64,000 nt of DNA from an uncultured Bacilli bacterium (GTDB lineage Bacteria > Bacillota_I > Bacilli_A > RF39 > UBA660), in contig CAKONC010000004.1 in assembly GCA_934096985.1 (NCBI GenBank), positions 67,846 through 131,845 on the forward strand. The letters are read 5' to 3'. Below are positions 9,934 through 19,599 of this stretch, in pieces. Position 1 is the first letter of the stretch, and each line of letters starts with the position of its first letter. Made by a program: the position numbers and the translations under genes. The notes beneath the pieces were generated by a model. That model was not told where the DNA came from and did not search any database. It saw only the letters and a list, made by a program, of their open reading frames with translations.

Positions 9934-9976
9934 GCAAAAAAAGAATGGATTTAGTTTTTTTCTATAAAATCCATTC
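9934..9976 (-). terminator. Intrinsic terminator of pgk (hairpin spans the stop codon)
   Basis: Perfect 10-bp stem GAATGGATTT / AAATCCATTC (9943..9952 and 9967..9976) followed on the minus strand by UUUUUUU. Confidence 0.6.
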
Positions 9977-11078
9977 CTTTTAAATGATCACTACTTATGT
10001 ATTCAAGTGATGCTCCACCACCACTTGATAAAAATGAAAAATTATCACTTAACCCGAATTTATTAATTGCATTTAATGTGTCTCCACCACCAGCAACTTT
10101 ATATGCATCAATATTTTGAAGTGAAGAAAATAAATTTTTTGTACCAGTGGCATAATTTTCATTTTCAAATACACCACATGTTCCATTAATAAAAATTGTT
10201 TTACTCTTTTGAAAATAACTAATATACTTGTTAATTGACTTAGTATTTAAATCCAAAATTTTATCTTCGTCAATCACAAAATCAATAGGTAAAACTATTT
10301 TATTTCTAAATTCTTTTATTAAGCTTTTTATTTCTAATATAGTGATCTCATCATTGGTACACAAACTATCCATTACATCAAAACCACAAGCAAACAAAAA
10401 TGAATTTGCAATACCACCGCCCACTAACAAATAATCACATTTTTTTAATAAATCTTTAATATAACCAAGTTTATCATCCACTTTTGCTCCACCCATAAAT
10501 ACTGTGAAAGGTCTTTGAATATTTGTTATAAGTGGTTTTAAATTTGTAAGTTCTTCTTTAACTAGGAAACCATAATATGTAGGCAAAAATTCAGAAATTC
10601 CAGCAACTGAAGCATGAGCTCTATGCAACGAAGCAAAAGCATCAACTACAAATACATCTCCTAAAACTGACCAATAATTAGCCAAATTTTTATCATTTTT
10701 ACTTTCAAGTTTTTCAGGATAGTCACAAAATCTGGTATTTTCTAATAATACGACATCACCAATTTGCATATCTTTGCATGTTTTGATTACATCCATTCCA
10801 ACAGGAGAAGAAACGAAAGTTACCTCTTTACTTAACAAATTACTTAATTCATCCGCAACAGGTTTTAAAGTATTATATATTTTATCTTCCCTAGTTTTTA
10901 TTCTGCCCATATGGCTTAATAAAATTACTGAATTATTTTCTAAAAAATACTTAATTGTTTTTAAACTTTTGACAATTTTAGTATTATCCATAATTTTGCC
11001 ATCTTTTATAGGTACATTAAAATCACATCTAATAATGATTTTTTTATTATAAAATTTTTCTTCATCAATAAATTTCAT
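9951..11078 (-). CDS. pgk: Phosphoglycerate kinase
   Basis: 375 aa; ...RCDFNVPIKDGKIMDNTKI...LLSHMGR...GGGDT... are PGK motifs. Follows gap. Confidence 0.9.
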   Translation of the reverse strand: MKFIDEEKFYNKKIIIRCDFNVPIKDGKIMDNTKIVKSLKTIKYFLENNSVILLSHMGRIKTREDKIYNTLKPVADELSNLLSKEVTFVSSPVGMDVIKTCKDMQIGDVVLLENTRFCDYPEKLESKNDKNLANYWSVLGDVFVVDAFASLHRAHASVAGISEFLPTYYGFLVKEELTNLKPLITNIQRPFTVFMGGAKVDDKLGYIKDLLKKCDYLLVGGGIANSFLFACGFDVMDSLCTNDEITILEIKSLIKEFRNKIVLPIDFVIDEDKILDLNTKSINKYISYFQKSKTIFINGTCGVFENENYATGTKNLFSSLQNIDAYKVAGGGDTLNAINKFGLSDNFSFLSSGGGASLEYISSDHLKGMDFIEKN

Positions 11079-11148
11079 TTATCAACACCCTTTATCTAAA
11101 TTAATTTTAGCAAATATATTGTTCTTTTGCAATTAAAAAAGATGCTTA

Positions 11149-12162
11149 TTATTTAAACATCTTTATAGCTGTTCGTAACATTTGTGCAGTGTAACCATAT
11201 TCATTATCATACCATGCGGTAATTTTAACTAATTGCTTACCATTATATTCAACAATATTTGTAAGTAAACTATCATATAAGCAACCACATTTTCTTCCTA
11301 TTACATCAGATGAAACTAGTGGTGCACTGGAATATATAATACTTTCTGATTGATTATTTTTTATAGTTTCATTAATCAGCTCAATAGTTACATTTTTAGA
11401 AAGTTCAAGAGTTACGTCTACCATAGAACCATCTATAGTTGGTACTCTATAAGCAATACCGTCCATCTTTCCTTTCAGCTCTGGAATTACTAAACCTATT
11501 GATTTAGCGGCTCCAGTAGATGTTGGAACTATGTTATGGGCACTTGCCCTTCCTCTTCTTGAATTAATACCTTTTTTATGAAAATTATCTAAAGAATTTT
11601 GATCTGCAGTATATGCATGAATAGTACTCATAAATCCTTTTTCTACACCAAAATTATCACTTATAATTTTAAGTAATGGTGCTAGACAATTTGTTGTACA
11701 ACTAGAAGCACTTACAATTATATCTTCACTATTGATTTTATCATCATTTACATTTGCTACAATTGTTGGCATCTGTCCTTTTCCTGGAGCAGAAATAAGC
11801 ACCTTTTTAGCACCTGCTTTTATATGTTTATAAGCATCATCATAATTAGTAAATGCTCCAGTGCATTCTAAAACCAAATCAACATTTAAATCCTTCCATG
11901 GTAAATTTTCAGGATCTAATTCTGAATATAAAGGAATTTTTTTTACACCAGCTATTATTAAATTATTTCCATCATAATTTATTTCATTTTCATGAAATGT
12001 TCCATGAACAGAATCATATTTTATTAAATATGCTGCTGATTCTGCATCCATGTCTTTATTATTTATTGCTACTATGTCAAATTCAGTGGAAGTTATCATT
12101 TGCCTAAAAGCAAGTCTTCCAATTCTTCCAAAACCATTAATTGCTACTTTAATCATATTCAC
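11149..12162 (-). CDS. gap: Glyceraldehyde-3-phosphate dehydrogenase
   Basis: MIKVAINGFGRIGRLAFR...SASSCTTNCLAP...WYDNEYGY are canonical GAPDH motifs. Confidence 0.95.
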   Translation of the reverse strand: MNMIKVAINGFGRIGRLAFRQMITSTEFDIVAINNKDMDAESAAYLIKYDSVHGTFHENEINYDGNNLIIAGVKKIPLYSELDPENLPWKDLNVDLVLECTGAFTNYDDAYKHIKAGAKKVLISAPGKGQMPTIVANVNDDKINSEDIIVSASSCTTNCLAPLLKIISDNFGVEKGFMSTIHAYTADQNSLDNFHKKGINSRRGRASAHNIVPTSTGAAKSIGLVIPELKGKMDGIAYRVPTIDGSMVDVTLELSKNVTIELINETIKNNQSESIIYSSAPLVSSDVIGRKCGCLYDSLLTNIVEYNGKQLVKITAWYDNEYGYTAQMLRTAIKMFK

Positions 12163-13798
12163 TACCTCCTATAAACTCTCTTAATATTGAATCTTTTGGA
12201 ATATATTCACTACTTATTGTGAAAAATTGTTTTAAAAAACTTAATAATCTTCTTGCTTCACCATAATAAGGTGAGGTTATTGGTACAGAATAAAGTAAAG
12301 GTTCAACAAATACCTTCAAAATACCTACTTCATATGAAAGTGAAGTATTTATAATTTTATCCGCGTTCGGTATCAATGGAATTATGTATTTTTCTTCACC
12401 AATTCTAACTTTTTTTGTATTTTTAATTGTAATTGCTACATCATACCCTCTTGTTCTAAAATCCCTTACAATACGCCTTAATAATCTTAAATCATTGTTT
12501 GATATAAAATTCTGCTCATCAACACTTATCGGAATAAATGGACTTACATATATTTTATATTTCATATTATCAGGGATAAATGGCATTAACCTATCATTTA
12601 TAGCATGTAACCCCTCAAATAAAATTATACTGTTATCTTTAAGTTTTACTTTTTTTGAGGAAAGTTCTTTGCAACCTGTTATAAAATTATACCTCGGTAA
12701 TGTAACGACTTCACCATTAAATATTTTCATAACATCATTAGTTAAATATTTAATATCAGTTGCTTCTAAACATTCATAATCATTTTCACCATTTGCATCT
12801 TTTGGATTATCTTTTCTTTCATGGAAATAATCATCAATTGAAATAACTATAGGATCTAACCCATAAATTTTAAAATATGACGCAAGCCTTTTTGTAATAG
12901 TAGTTTTTCCACTAGAACTAGGTCCAGATATCATTACGCATTTAATGTTTTTGTTATCAGATATAATTTTTGCTGTTTCATTAATTGCAATATTAAAATT
13001 TAATTCACAAGACTTGACAAAATCATCAATTTTGCCATTGCATATTTCATTGTTAACATCTTTTATGTAAGGAACTTTCATTATATCTAGCCATTTTTGC
13101 CCAGCATTATATGAATCAATAATTCCCTCATAATTAATGTATTCTGGAAGATTTCCATCAGAATTTTCTTCAGGACAAATTATAACAGCTACATTATTTC
13201 CTAAATATTGAATATCAAACTTATTTAACACACCTGTAGAATAAGGCATCTCTGAATAATAATAATTAATTAAATCATCAAGTTCATATAAAACTACCGT
13301 AGGGTCTACAATATTACGAATGTTATTTGCTTTTACTAAATTTCCAATATCTTCATAATAATTTATAGCATCAGCATTTTTAATTATTAATTTTTCAAAA
13401 CGAATATTACTTTTTACAGTTTCATGCATTTTATCACTAATCTTATTGATATCTTCCTTGTTTAAAATTTTATCACATTTTAAAGATGCTACGATTCCTT
13501 TTGGAACATTATAAGAGTAATTTACTTTAATCTCTGGAAACATTTTTTTCGTAGCATACTCAAATATCATCTTTAAACCAGCAACATAAATTCTATTTCC
13601 ATAAGAATTTGTTAAATCTATAAAAGAAATATTTTCATTTTTAGTAATTTTGTCATTAAGTGAAACTATTTTATTGCCAACCAAAACGCCTATGATATTA
13701 TCTGCATTATCACAGTTTCTGCTTAACTCATAATATGATGTACCCTTTAATGTGTTAATAGTACTACCATCACTTAATGTCACAGTTACATTATTCAT
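12149..13798 (-). CDS. TGS/ThrRS-N-like domain fused to a uridine-kinase-family P-loop kinase (about 550-aa nucleoside kinase family)
   Basis: The N-terminus resembles the ThrRS TGS and second additional domain. The C-terminal half has the Walker A ISGPSSSGKTTITKRLA and Udk-like LFEGLHA. The stop overlaps the gap start by 14 nt. Confidence 0.7.
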   Translation of the reverse strand: MNNVTVTLSDGSTINTLKGTSYYELSRNCDNADNIIGVLVGNKIVSLNDKITKNENISFIDLTNSYGNRIYVAGLKMIFEYATKKMFPEIKVNYSYNVPKGIVASLKCDKILNKEDINKISDKMHETVKSNIRFEKLIIKNADAINYYEDIGNLVKANNIRNIVDPTVVLYELDDLINYYYSEMPYSTGVLNKFDIQYLGNNVAVIICPEENSDGNLPEYINYEGIIDSYNAGQKWLDIMKVPYIKDVNNEICNGKIDDFVKSCELNFNIAINETAKIISDNKNIKCVMISGPSSSGKTTITKRLASYFKIYGLDPIVISIDDYFHERKDNPKDANGENDYECLEATDIKYLTNDVMKIFNGEVVTLPRYNFITGCKELSSKKVKLKDNSIILFEGLHAINDRLMPFIPDNMKYKIYVSPFIPISVDEQNFISNNDLRLLRRIVRDFRTRGYDVAITIKNTKKVRIGEEKYIIPLIPNADKIINTSLSYEVGILKVFVEPLLYSVPITSPYYGEARRLLSFLKQFFTISSEYIPKDSILREFIGGSEYD

Positions 13799-13912
13799 CT
13801 TCTAGCCCCTTATTTTACATTACTAACAATAACATATTTTTATTAATAAATCTATAAAAATATGAATAATTTTTTTTAATTGTCATTATTATATTTATAG
13901 GTGAAAATAAAA

Positions 13913-14491
13913 ATGCAAACAATTCCAATGGTTTTAAAACAAAATAATAATCACGAATATTCATATGATTTATATTCATTATTACTTACATACCGAATCA
14001 TATTTTTAACTGGTGAAGTAAATGATATTAATGCTAATATAGTTATCGGGGAATTGCTTTATCTTGATAAAGAAAATAATAAAGACATTTACTTATATAT
14101 AAATTCTCCAGGCGGTTCGGTTTCTGCAGGACTAGCAATATATGATACTATAAAATACATAAAAAGTAATGTTATTACGATAGGAATAGGGTTATGTGCA
14201 AGCATGGGTGCATTCTTACTTTCAAGTGGAGATAAAAGATACGCCTTAGAAAACACTGAAATTATGATTCATGAACCTTTGGGTGGAGTTGAGGGTAAAG
14301 CAAGCAATATAAAAATACAAAGTGATAGAATAATTAAAACTAAAGCATTAATAAATAAAATATTAGCAAAAAATACTAAACAAAGTATTAAAAAAATTGA
14401 AAAGGATACCGAAAATGATTATTATATGAGCACAATTGAAGCAAAAAAATATGGTCTAATTGATGACATCATAAAAAAAGAAGATTATTAG
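13913..14491 (+). CDS. clpP: ATP-dependent Clp protease proteolytic subunit
   Basis: ...YDLYSLLLTYRIIFLTGEV...INSPGGSVSAGLAIYDT...GLCASMGAFLL...MIHEPLGG are ClpP catalytic motifs. ATG at 13913 with AGGTGA upstream. Confidence 0.9.
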   Translation: MQTIPMVLKQNNNHEYSYDLYSLLLTYRIIFLTGEVNDINANIVIGELLYLDKENNKDIYLYINSPGGSVSAGLAIYDTIKYIKSNVITIGIGLCASMGAFLLSSGDKRYALENTEIMIHEPLGGVEGKASNIKIQSDRIIKTKALINKILAKNTKQSIKKIEKDTENDYYMSTIEAKKYGLIDDIIKKEDY

Positions 14492-14823
14492 TCAACTCTT
14501 ATGATGACTTCATCTTCCTTTGAATATAAAAATTTTTCTTTAGCGTACCTTGCAAGATAATTTGGGTCCTGCATTTTTGTTACTTGAGAAGTTAAAGATT
14601 TTTTTTCATCAAGTAAATTTTCATACTTTTGAGTTAATTCTTTAGTTTGTTTAACATTTTTAGCTATTGTAATAAAATCTTTTGACACACTAAAAGCAAG
14701 TAGTGCTATAAGCCCTACAATAATAATTGAAATTAAAAAAAGTCTTTTCTTTTCTTTCTTAGTTCTCACTATAGCCCACCTTATCATTGTCAATATATAA
14801 TCAAAAAAAAAGAAAGTCAACAT
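14488..14823 (-). CDS. divIC: Septum formation initiator (FtsB/DivIC family); start uncertain (14823 or 14787)
   Basis: Single TM followed by a coiled coil, ...TKELTQKYENLLDEKKSLTSQVTKMQDPNYLARYAKEKF.... Sits after yabP-yabQ as in B. subtilis. Confidence 0.6.
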   Translation of the reverse strand: MLTFFFFDYILTMIRWAIVRTKKEKKRLFLISIIIVGLIALLAFSVSKDFITIAKNVKQTKELTQKYENLLDEKKSLTSQVTKMQDPNYLARYAKEKFLYSKEDEVIIRVD

Positions 14824-15125
14824 ATTTTCTTTTTTTTTGAAAGAATTTTACATAAATTTAACATTTTATTTTTTAGATAATTTGCTAATAAAAAGCCACC
14901 TACAAAACAAAATAAATAATATATGTGAAATATTCCATAATTTAATTTATAAATAATAACTAAATATATAAATACATTATCTATTGTAAAAAGAATAAAC
15001 ATGAGTATCTTAATTAATGCTTGATCTTTGAAAAAAAACTTATAATTTAAAATAGCTAAATAAAAAAATACTATTCCATAAATAAAATTAATAAATAGAA
15101 TCAATAATGTTTTATATGCTGTCAT
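14817..15125 (-). CDS. yabQ: Spore cortex biosynthesis membrane protein YabQ-like
   Basis: Small polytopic membrane protein immediately after yabP with overlapping stop/start. Assigned mainly on conserved synteny. Confidence 0.55.
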   Translation of the reverse strand: MTAYKTLLILFINFIYGIVFFYLAILNYKFFFKDQALIKILMFILFTIDNVFIYLVIIYKLNYGIFHIYYLFCFVGGFLLANYLKNKMLNLCKILSKKKKIC

Positions 15126-15397
15126 TTAAATAGTTTACTTAAAAAGCTTTCTTCTTTTGCTTTGGATTTTGATTCTATATAATTAATTAAATTTATTTTA
15201 CCTTTGATTCTAATTAATCCACCTGTAGTATCTAACGTAAGAAGTTCCATTGAACTACCTTTAATTTGAATAGGACCCATATTACTATCTAAAAAAAATT
15301 CTTTACTATCAAAATTTATAATTTTTTTTATGCCAGTTATAGAAAGTAAATTTCTATCAAGCATTTTCACTTCATGATTTATTACTTTTTCATTCAT
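15122..15397 (-). CDS. yabP: Sporulation protein YabP
   Basis: ...HEVKMLDRNLLSITGIKKIINFDSKEFFLDSNMGPIQIKGSSMELLTLD... YabP/YqfC pattern. Start trimmed to the ATG at 15397 with AGAGGA upstream, which avoids overlapping spoVG. Confidence 0.8.
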   Translation of the reverse strand: MNEKVINHEVKMLDRNLLSITGIKKIINFDSKEFFLDSNMGPIQIKGSSMELLTLDTTGGLIRIKGKINLINYIESKSKAKEESFLSKLFK

Positions 15398-15470
15398 ATA
15401 TTTTCCTCTACAAAAATATATGATGTAATGGATTTGTTTATGCAAAATAAAAAAGCGTTTTGCGCTTTTT

Positions 15471-15728
15471 TTACTCTTCATTTGTTGGAAGATTTTTATA
15501 TTCTGTTAAAATTTTATCTTCGAACATTTTTCTAGTTTCAGCATTAATTGGATGAGCTATATCATTGTATTTATCATCGTTTGGCATAGCTACAAATAAT
15601 CTGCTATCTCCTTCAATAATACGAAGATTTCTTACAACAAAGCAATCATCTAATGTTACTGTTACATAACCCTTAACCTTTGAACCTTCTCTATCAACTT
15701 TGTGAATTTTTACTGATGTAATTTCCAT
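15471..15728 (-). CDS. spoVG: Septation/sporulation regulator SpoVG
   Basis: MEITSVKIHKVDREGSKVKGYVTVTLDDCFVVRNLRIIEGDSRLFVAMP is the SpoVG signature. Confidence 0.9.
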   Translation of the reverse strand: MEITSVKIHKVDREGSKVKGYVTVTLDDCFVVRNLRIIEGDSRLFVAMPNDDKYNDIAHPINAETRKMFEDKILTEYKNLPTNEE

Positions 15729-15800
15729 ACTCTATCACTACTCCTTTATCCTATTCACAATTTCATTTTACCCTACTATTAATAATAATGCAAGATTTTT

Positions 15801-16013
15801 TTATAAATACTTAATACTTATATCTTTTGTAATAATATCTCTATATGCAAAGCTTTTTTCATCTCCAGATTCTATTATTGTAAAGATATTTGGATATAAT
15901 TTATATATAGTTCCGTCGTAATAATTTATTTTGTTTCGAAGACCATAAACAGTTATTCTAACTTTTTTCCCAACATTATTATTTATTTGATTTTTAATAA
16001 ATTCTATATTCAT
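15801..16013 (-). CDS. veg: Veg protein (biofilm/sporulation-associated small protein)
   Basis: 70 aa, ...GKKVRITVYGLRNKINYYDGTIYKLYPNIFTI... Veg-family pattern. Sits next to yabG as in B. subtilis. Confidence 0.8.
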   Translation of the reverse strand: MNIEFIKNQINNNVGKKVRITVYGLRNKINYYDGTIYKLYPNIFTIIESGDEKSFAYRDIITKDISIKYL

Positions 16014-16774
16014 CGTGGATACCCCACATACATTAAACCATTTGTTATTATCCCACCGATACCCGAAGAGCCATATTTAGTTTGATTAATTAATTTTACA
16101 ACATCAATTTCATCAGAAGTTTTTGTCAGCGCAATTGTACTTGCAATTATTGCGGGATCTAGTGCATGAATATTTACTCTTTTTGGGGATGATGCAAAAT
16201 TTGCACCCGCTTTTATTAAAGCTTCATAATCACTTTGGCAAGCACCTGCTATAATAACTAATTTATCATGACTTTTTTCATAATTTCTAGCAATCTTTAT
16301 GGCTTTTACAAAATTTTTAGAATTCTTATAATTTTCGATATTGTCTTTATTACCCTTTTTTTCATAATACGCATCATGGCCAGTTATAACAAGAATATCC
16401 GGTTTATATTCTTTTAATAAAATTGGTAATTGCTTAGAAATTTGATCTTCACTAATTTTTTTACCAATAGCATAAACTTTAAATTCTTTATAAAATTTTA
16501 AGCATTTTTCTAGGTACTCACTGTCTCCATCAATATGAAGTATTTTGCCAGGTAAATAAAAGTAACTGGTTCTATCATTATTTATATCTAATGATATTTG
16601 AAAATTATCTTCACATTTTTCAACTTTTACTAGGTCTAAATAATCACTATCTGCGTATAATCTATCAAAAACACCTTTTAAATATACTTTGCTTTCAGAA
16701 ATTGATAATACTTTAAATACTAAATCATTATTATGTGATTTTCTTGTTACATAATCACCAACTTCAATTTTCAA
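16010..16774 (-). CDS. yabG: Sporulation-specific peptidase YabG
   Basis: MKIEVGDYVTRKSHNNDLVFKVLSI...ILVITGHDAY...IIAGACQS... YabG-family pattern, with synteny to ksgA-yabG-veg. Confidence 0.8.
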   Translation of the reverse strand: MKIEVGDYVTRKSHNNDLVFKVLSISESKVYLKGVFDRLYADSDYLDLVKVEKCEDNFQISLDINNDRTSYFYLPGKILHIDGDSEYLEKCLKFYKEFKVYAIGKKISEDQISKQLPILLKEYKPDILVITGHDAYYEKKGNKDNIENYKNSKNFVKAIKIARNYEKSHDKLVIIAGACQSDYEALIKAGANFASSPKRVNIHALDPAIIASTIALTKTSDEIDVVKLINQTKYGSSGIGGIITNGLMYVGYPR

Positions 16775-16831
16775 TAAATATCACCATTAATTTATATGCT
16801 ATAGCAATCATTTTTAGACTAAAAAAAAGGG

Positions 16832-18079
16832 CTAATCCCTCTTACTTAAAAAATATGTTACCGCGGACATTATCGAAAGCAAGCCATATTCATAAGAAAG
16901 TGACCCTTGCTGATAAATAATATATGGACTTCTAATGGGGCCATCACAAGAAAGTTCTATAGAAGAACCTTGAGTAAATGAACCACTTGCCATAATTATT
17001 TTATCTGCATAACCCGGCATATCACTTTTTTCAACTACAGCATTAGAATCTATTGGACTACTTTTTTGAACTCCAATAGCATAATTTATCATATCTTCTT
17101 CATTGCCAAAATAAATATTTTGAACAATATCCACTCTTTCATCATTATATTTTGGCTCAACATTATAACCCAATAATTCAAATAATCTACTTGTAAAAAT
17201 AGCTGTTTTTAGTGATGCTGAAACCGCATTTAAAGATAAATATAGTCCTTGCAAAATTGATTTATTAGCTCCTAAAGAAGGGCCTACGTCAATCCCTTCA
17301 CCAGGTAGATTTAATCTTTCGGCACATAAATTGATTAGTTTTTTCTTTCCTACTATATAAGCACCATTCGAAGCTATAGCACCACCTAAGTTTTTTATTA
17401 ATGAACCAACTACTACATCAGCGCCAACATCCGTAGGTTCTTTTAAAGACACAAATTCACAATAGCAGTTATCTACCATAATTATAGTATTTGGACTAAC
17501 ATTTTTTATTACTTTAATTATTTTTTCAATTTTTTCTATAGACATACTTTTTCTTGTACTATAACCCTTCGAACGTTGAATTTCTACAACCTTAACAAAA
17601 GAGGCAGATAGCCTTTCAATAATTTTCTTTTTATCAAATTCATTATTTACTAAATCTATTTGTTCATAATTTATAGAAAAGGACTTTAACGAACTTGGAT
17701 TATCTTTAATTCCAATAACTTCATCAAGAGTATCATAAGGTTTACCAGTAATGCTTAAAAGTATATCATTTGGTCTTAATAATGCAAATAAACAAACTGT
17801 TAATGCATGAGAACCAGATATAAATTGATTTCTTACTAAAGCAGATTCTACATGAAATATATTTGCATATACTTTTTCAATTTTATCTCTGCCAATATCT
17901 CCATAACCATAACCTGTTGTCATGTTAAAATCAGTTTCTGAAACTTGTTCTTTTATAAAAGCATTAAGTACTTTTTGACTATTTTTAAAAATTATTTCAT
18001 CTACCTTATCAAGTTCTAATTTAATATCTTTATCTATTTGTTTTTTTAAATTATAAACCTTTTCACTTATTTCTAACAT
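16832..18079 (-). CDS. PLP-dependent methionine gamma-lyase family protein (YnbB / aluminium-resistance-protein-like)
   Basis: 415 aa; ...TGYGYGDIGRDKIEKVYANIFHVESALVRNQFISGSHALT... is characteristic of the YnbB family. Confidence 0.6.
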   Translation of the reverse strand: MLEISEKVYNLKKQIDKDIKLELDKVDEIIFKNSQKVLNAFIKEQVSETDFNMTTGYGYGDIGRDKIEKVYANIFHVESALVRNQFISGSHALTVCLFALLRPNDILLSITGKPYDTLDEVIGIKDNPSSLKSFSINYEQIDLVNNEFDKKKIIERLSASFVKVVEIQRSKGYSTRKSMSIEKIEKIIKVIKNVSPNTIIMVDNCYCEFVSLKEPTDVGADVVVGSLIKNLGGAIASNGAYIVGKKKLINLCAERLNLPGEGIDVGPSLGANKSILQGLYLSLNAVSASLKTAIFTSRLFELLGYNVEPKYNDERVDIVQNIYFGNEEDMINYAIGVQKSSPIDSNAVVEKSDMPGYADKIIMASGSFTQGSSIELSCDGPIRSPYIIYQQGSLSYEYGLLSIMSAVTYFLSKRD

Positions 18080-18798
18080 AACTCACCTCCATCTACTCTA
18101 ATTATTGCATTATTTATATAACTTGCATCATTTGCCACAAAGAAAACTACTTTAGCAATTTCCATTGGACTGCCAAACCTTCCAAGCAGAATATTTTTAT
18201 TTAAACTTGCTTTTTCTTCTTCCGTTAATAAATCATTATGCTTCGTATTAACCCATCCAGGACATAGAGCATTTACTCTTATTTTCGGAGCAAAAGCTTT
18301 AGCATAATTATGGGTTAAGGATATAATTCCTGCTTTTGAGGCATCATAATCTATACTTTCAGGATAATATGAATCTATTGCATTAGTTGAAGAAATGTTT
18401 ATAATTGAGCCTTCATCCATTATTTTTGAAAAATATTTTGTTATTATAAATGTGCCTACTAAATTAGTGTTGATAACTTGTTTAAATTCTTCAACTGTTT
18501 TCTTATCTAAAAAATTATCCATTGCAATACCTGCATTATTTATTAAAACATCTATTTTAGAAAAATCTTTTTTTACATTTTCTAAAAAATTTATTACTTC
18601 TTTTTCATTTGAGACATCACATTTATAAGCTAAACATTTTACGTTATATTTTTTTCTTATTTCTTCTTTCAAAGTATTGGCCTGCTGCATGCTAGTATTA
18701 TAATTTATAATTACGTCATACCCATTACTTGCAAATATTTGTGCACATGCGGCTCCAATTCCTTTGGAAGCTCCCGTTATTAACACAACTTTATTCAT
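18073..18798 (-). CDS. Short-chain dehydrogenase/reductase (FabG-like)
   Basis: MNKVVLITGASKGIGAA..., NNAG, and YDASKAG (the YxxxK catalytic motif). GGAGGA precedes the trimmed start. Confidence 0.75.
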   Translation of the reverse strand: MNKVVLITGASKGIGAACAQIFASNGYDVIINYNTSMQQANTLKEEIRKKYNVKCLAYKCDVSNEKEVINFLENVKKDFSKIDVLINNAGIAMDNFLDKKTVEEFKQVINTNLVGTFIITKYFSKIMDEGSIINISSTNAIDSYYPESIDYDASKAGIISLTHNYAKAFAPKIRVNALCPGWVNTKHNDLLTEEEKASLNKNILLGRFGSPMEIAKVVFFVANDASYINNAIIRVDGGELC

Positions 18799-18837
18799 AT
18801 CTATTTTCCTCCAAAACAAAAAACATTATAACATAAG

Positions 18838-19599
18838 TCATAACATTTTACTAATTTCTATAAATACTTCTTCATTAATCTGCTCAGCTCTAACATTTTC
18901 ATTAAAACCATACTTTAATAAAGTGGGCAAAATTTTGTTAAATTTGTCAACCCCAAGGTTATTCTTTAACGTTTTCCTTTTTTGAGAAAAAGCAAGTTTT
19001 AAAAAGTTAAAATATTCTTCTTCATTAATATTTAAATTTCTGTTTCTAGGGACAAATGAGATAACCTTGCTATCAACCTTAGGTACTGGAGAAAAATTAT
19101 TTTTTCCAACAAAAATTTCGTCTTTAACTTCATAATAATAATTTAAATATACAGTAAAATAACCATATTCTTTATTACCTGGCATACTTGTAAATCTATC
19201 AGCCACCTCTTTTTGAACCATAAAAACCATTTTCGAAGGTTTTATATTCGAAGTAACGTACTCAATAATTGATGTCGTAATATAGTAAGGTAGGTTTCCA
19301 ATAACATATATTTTATTATATCCTTTAGATATTTCCTCTAAATCAATTTTCAATATATCACTAAAAATAATTTCACAATTATCTGAATTATAAAAGTCTA
19401 AATATTTATGCATATCATCATCTATTTCTATGCATTTTAAATAACCATCTTTTTGAACTAAGTATTTAGTTAAAGCACCCTTTCCAGGGCCAATTTCTAT
19501 TATTAAATCATTTTCGTTAGGGTCTACTAAATCTGTAATATTCTTTATTATTTGTTCATTTATTAAAAAATTTTGTCCAAATTTTTTCTTAGCTTTCAT
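18838..19599 (-). CDS. rsmA: 16S rRNA (adenine1518/1519-N6)-dimethyltransferase
   Basis: MKAKKKFGQNFLINEQIIKNI...EIGPGKGALT...GNLPYYITT are KsgA motifs. Confidence 0.9.
   Translation of the reverse strand: MKAKKKFGQNFLINEQIIKNITDLVDPNENDLIIEIGPGKGALTKYLVQKDGYLKCIEIDDDMHKYLDFYNSDNCEIIFSDILKIDLEEISKGYNKIYVIGNLPYYITTSIIEYVTSNIKPSKMVFMVQKEVADRFTSMPGNKEYGYFTVYLNYYYEVKDEIFVGKNNFSPVPKVDSKVISFVPRNRNLNINEEEYFNFLKLAFSQKRKTLKNNLGVDKFNKILPTLLKYGFNENVRAEQINEEVFIEISKML

Noticed and set aside
9932-9936. TGGCA following the 0A-box motif (also at 61838..61842), considered as a sigma-54 -24 element.
   Set aside because: There is no TTGC -12 element at the required spacing in either copy, and no enhancer-binding protein gene is in view.
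13799-13912. CtsR operator (tandem GGTCAAA repeats) upstream of clpP.
   Set aside because: No GGTCAAA-type heptads are present in the intergenic region.
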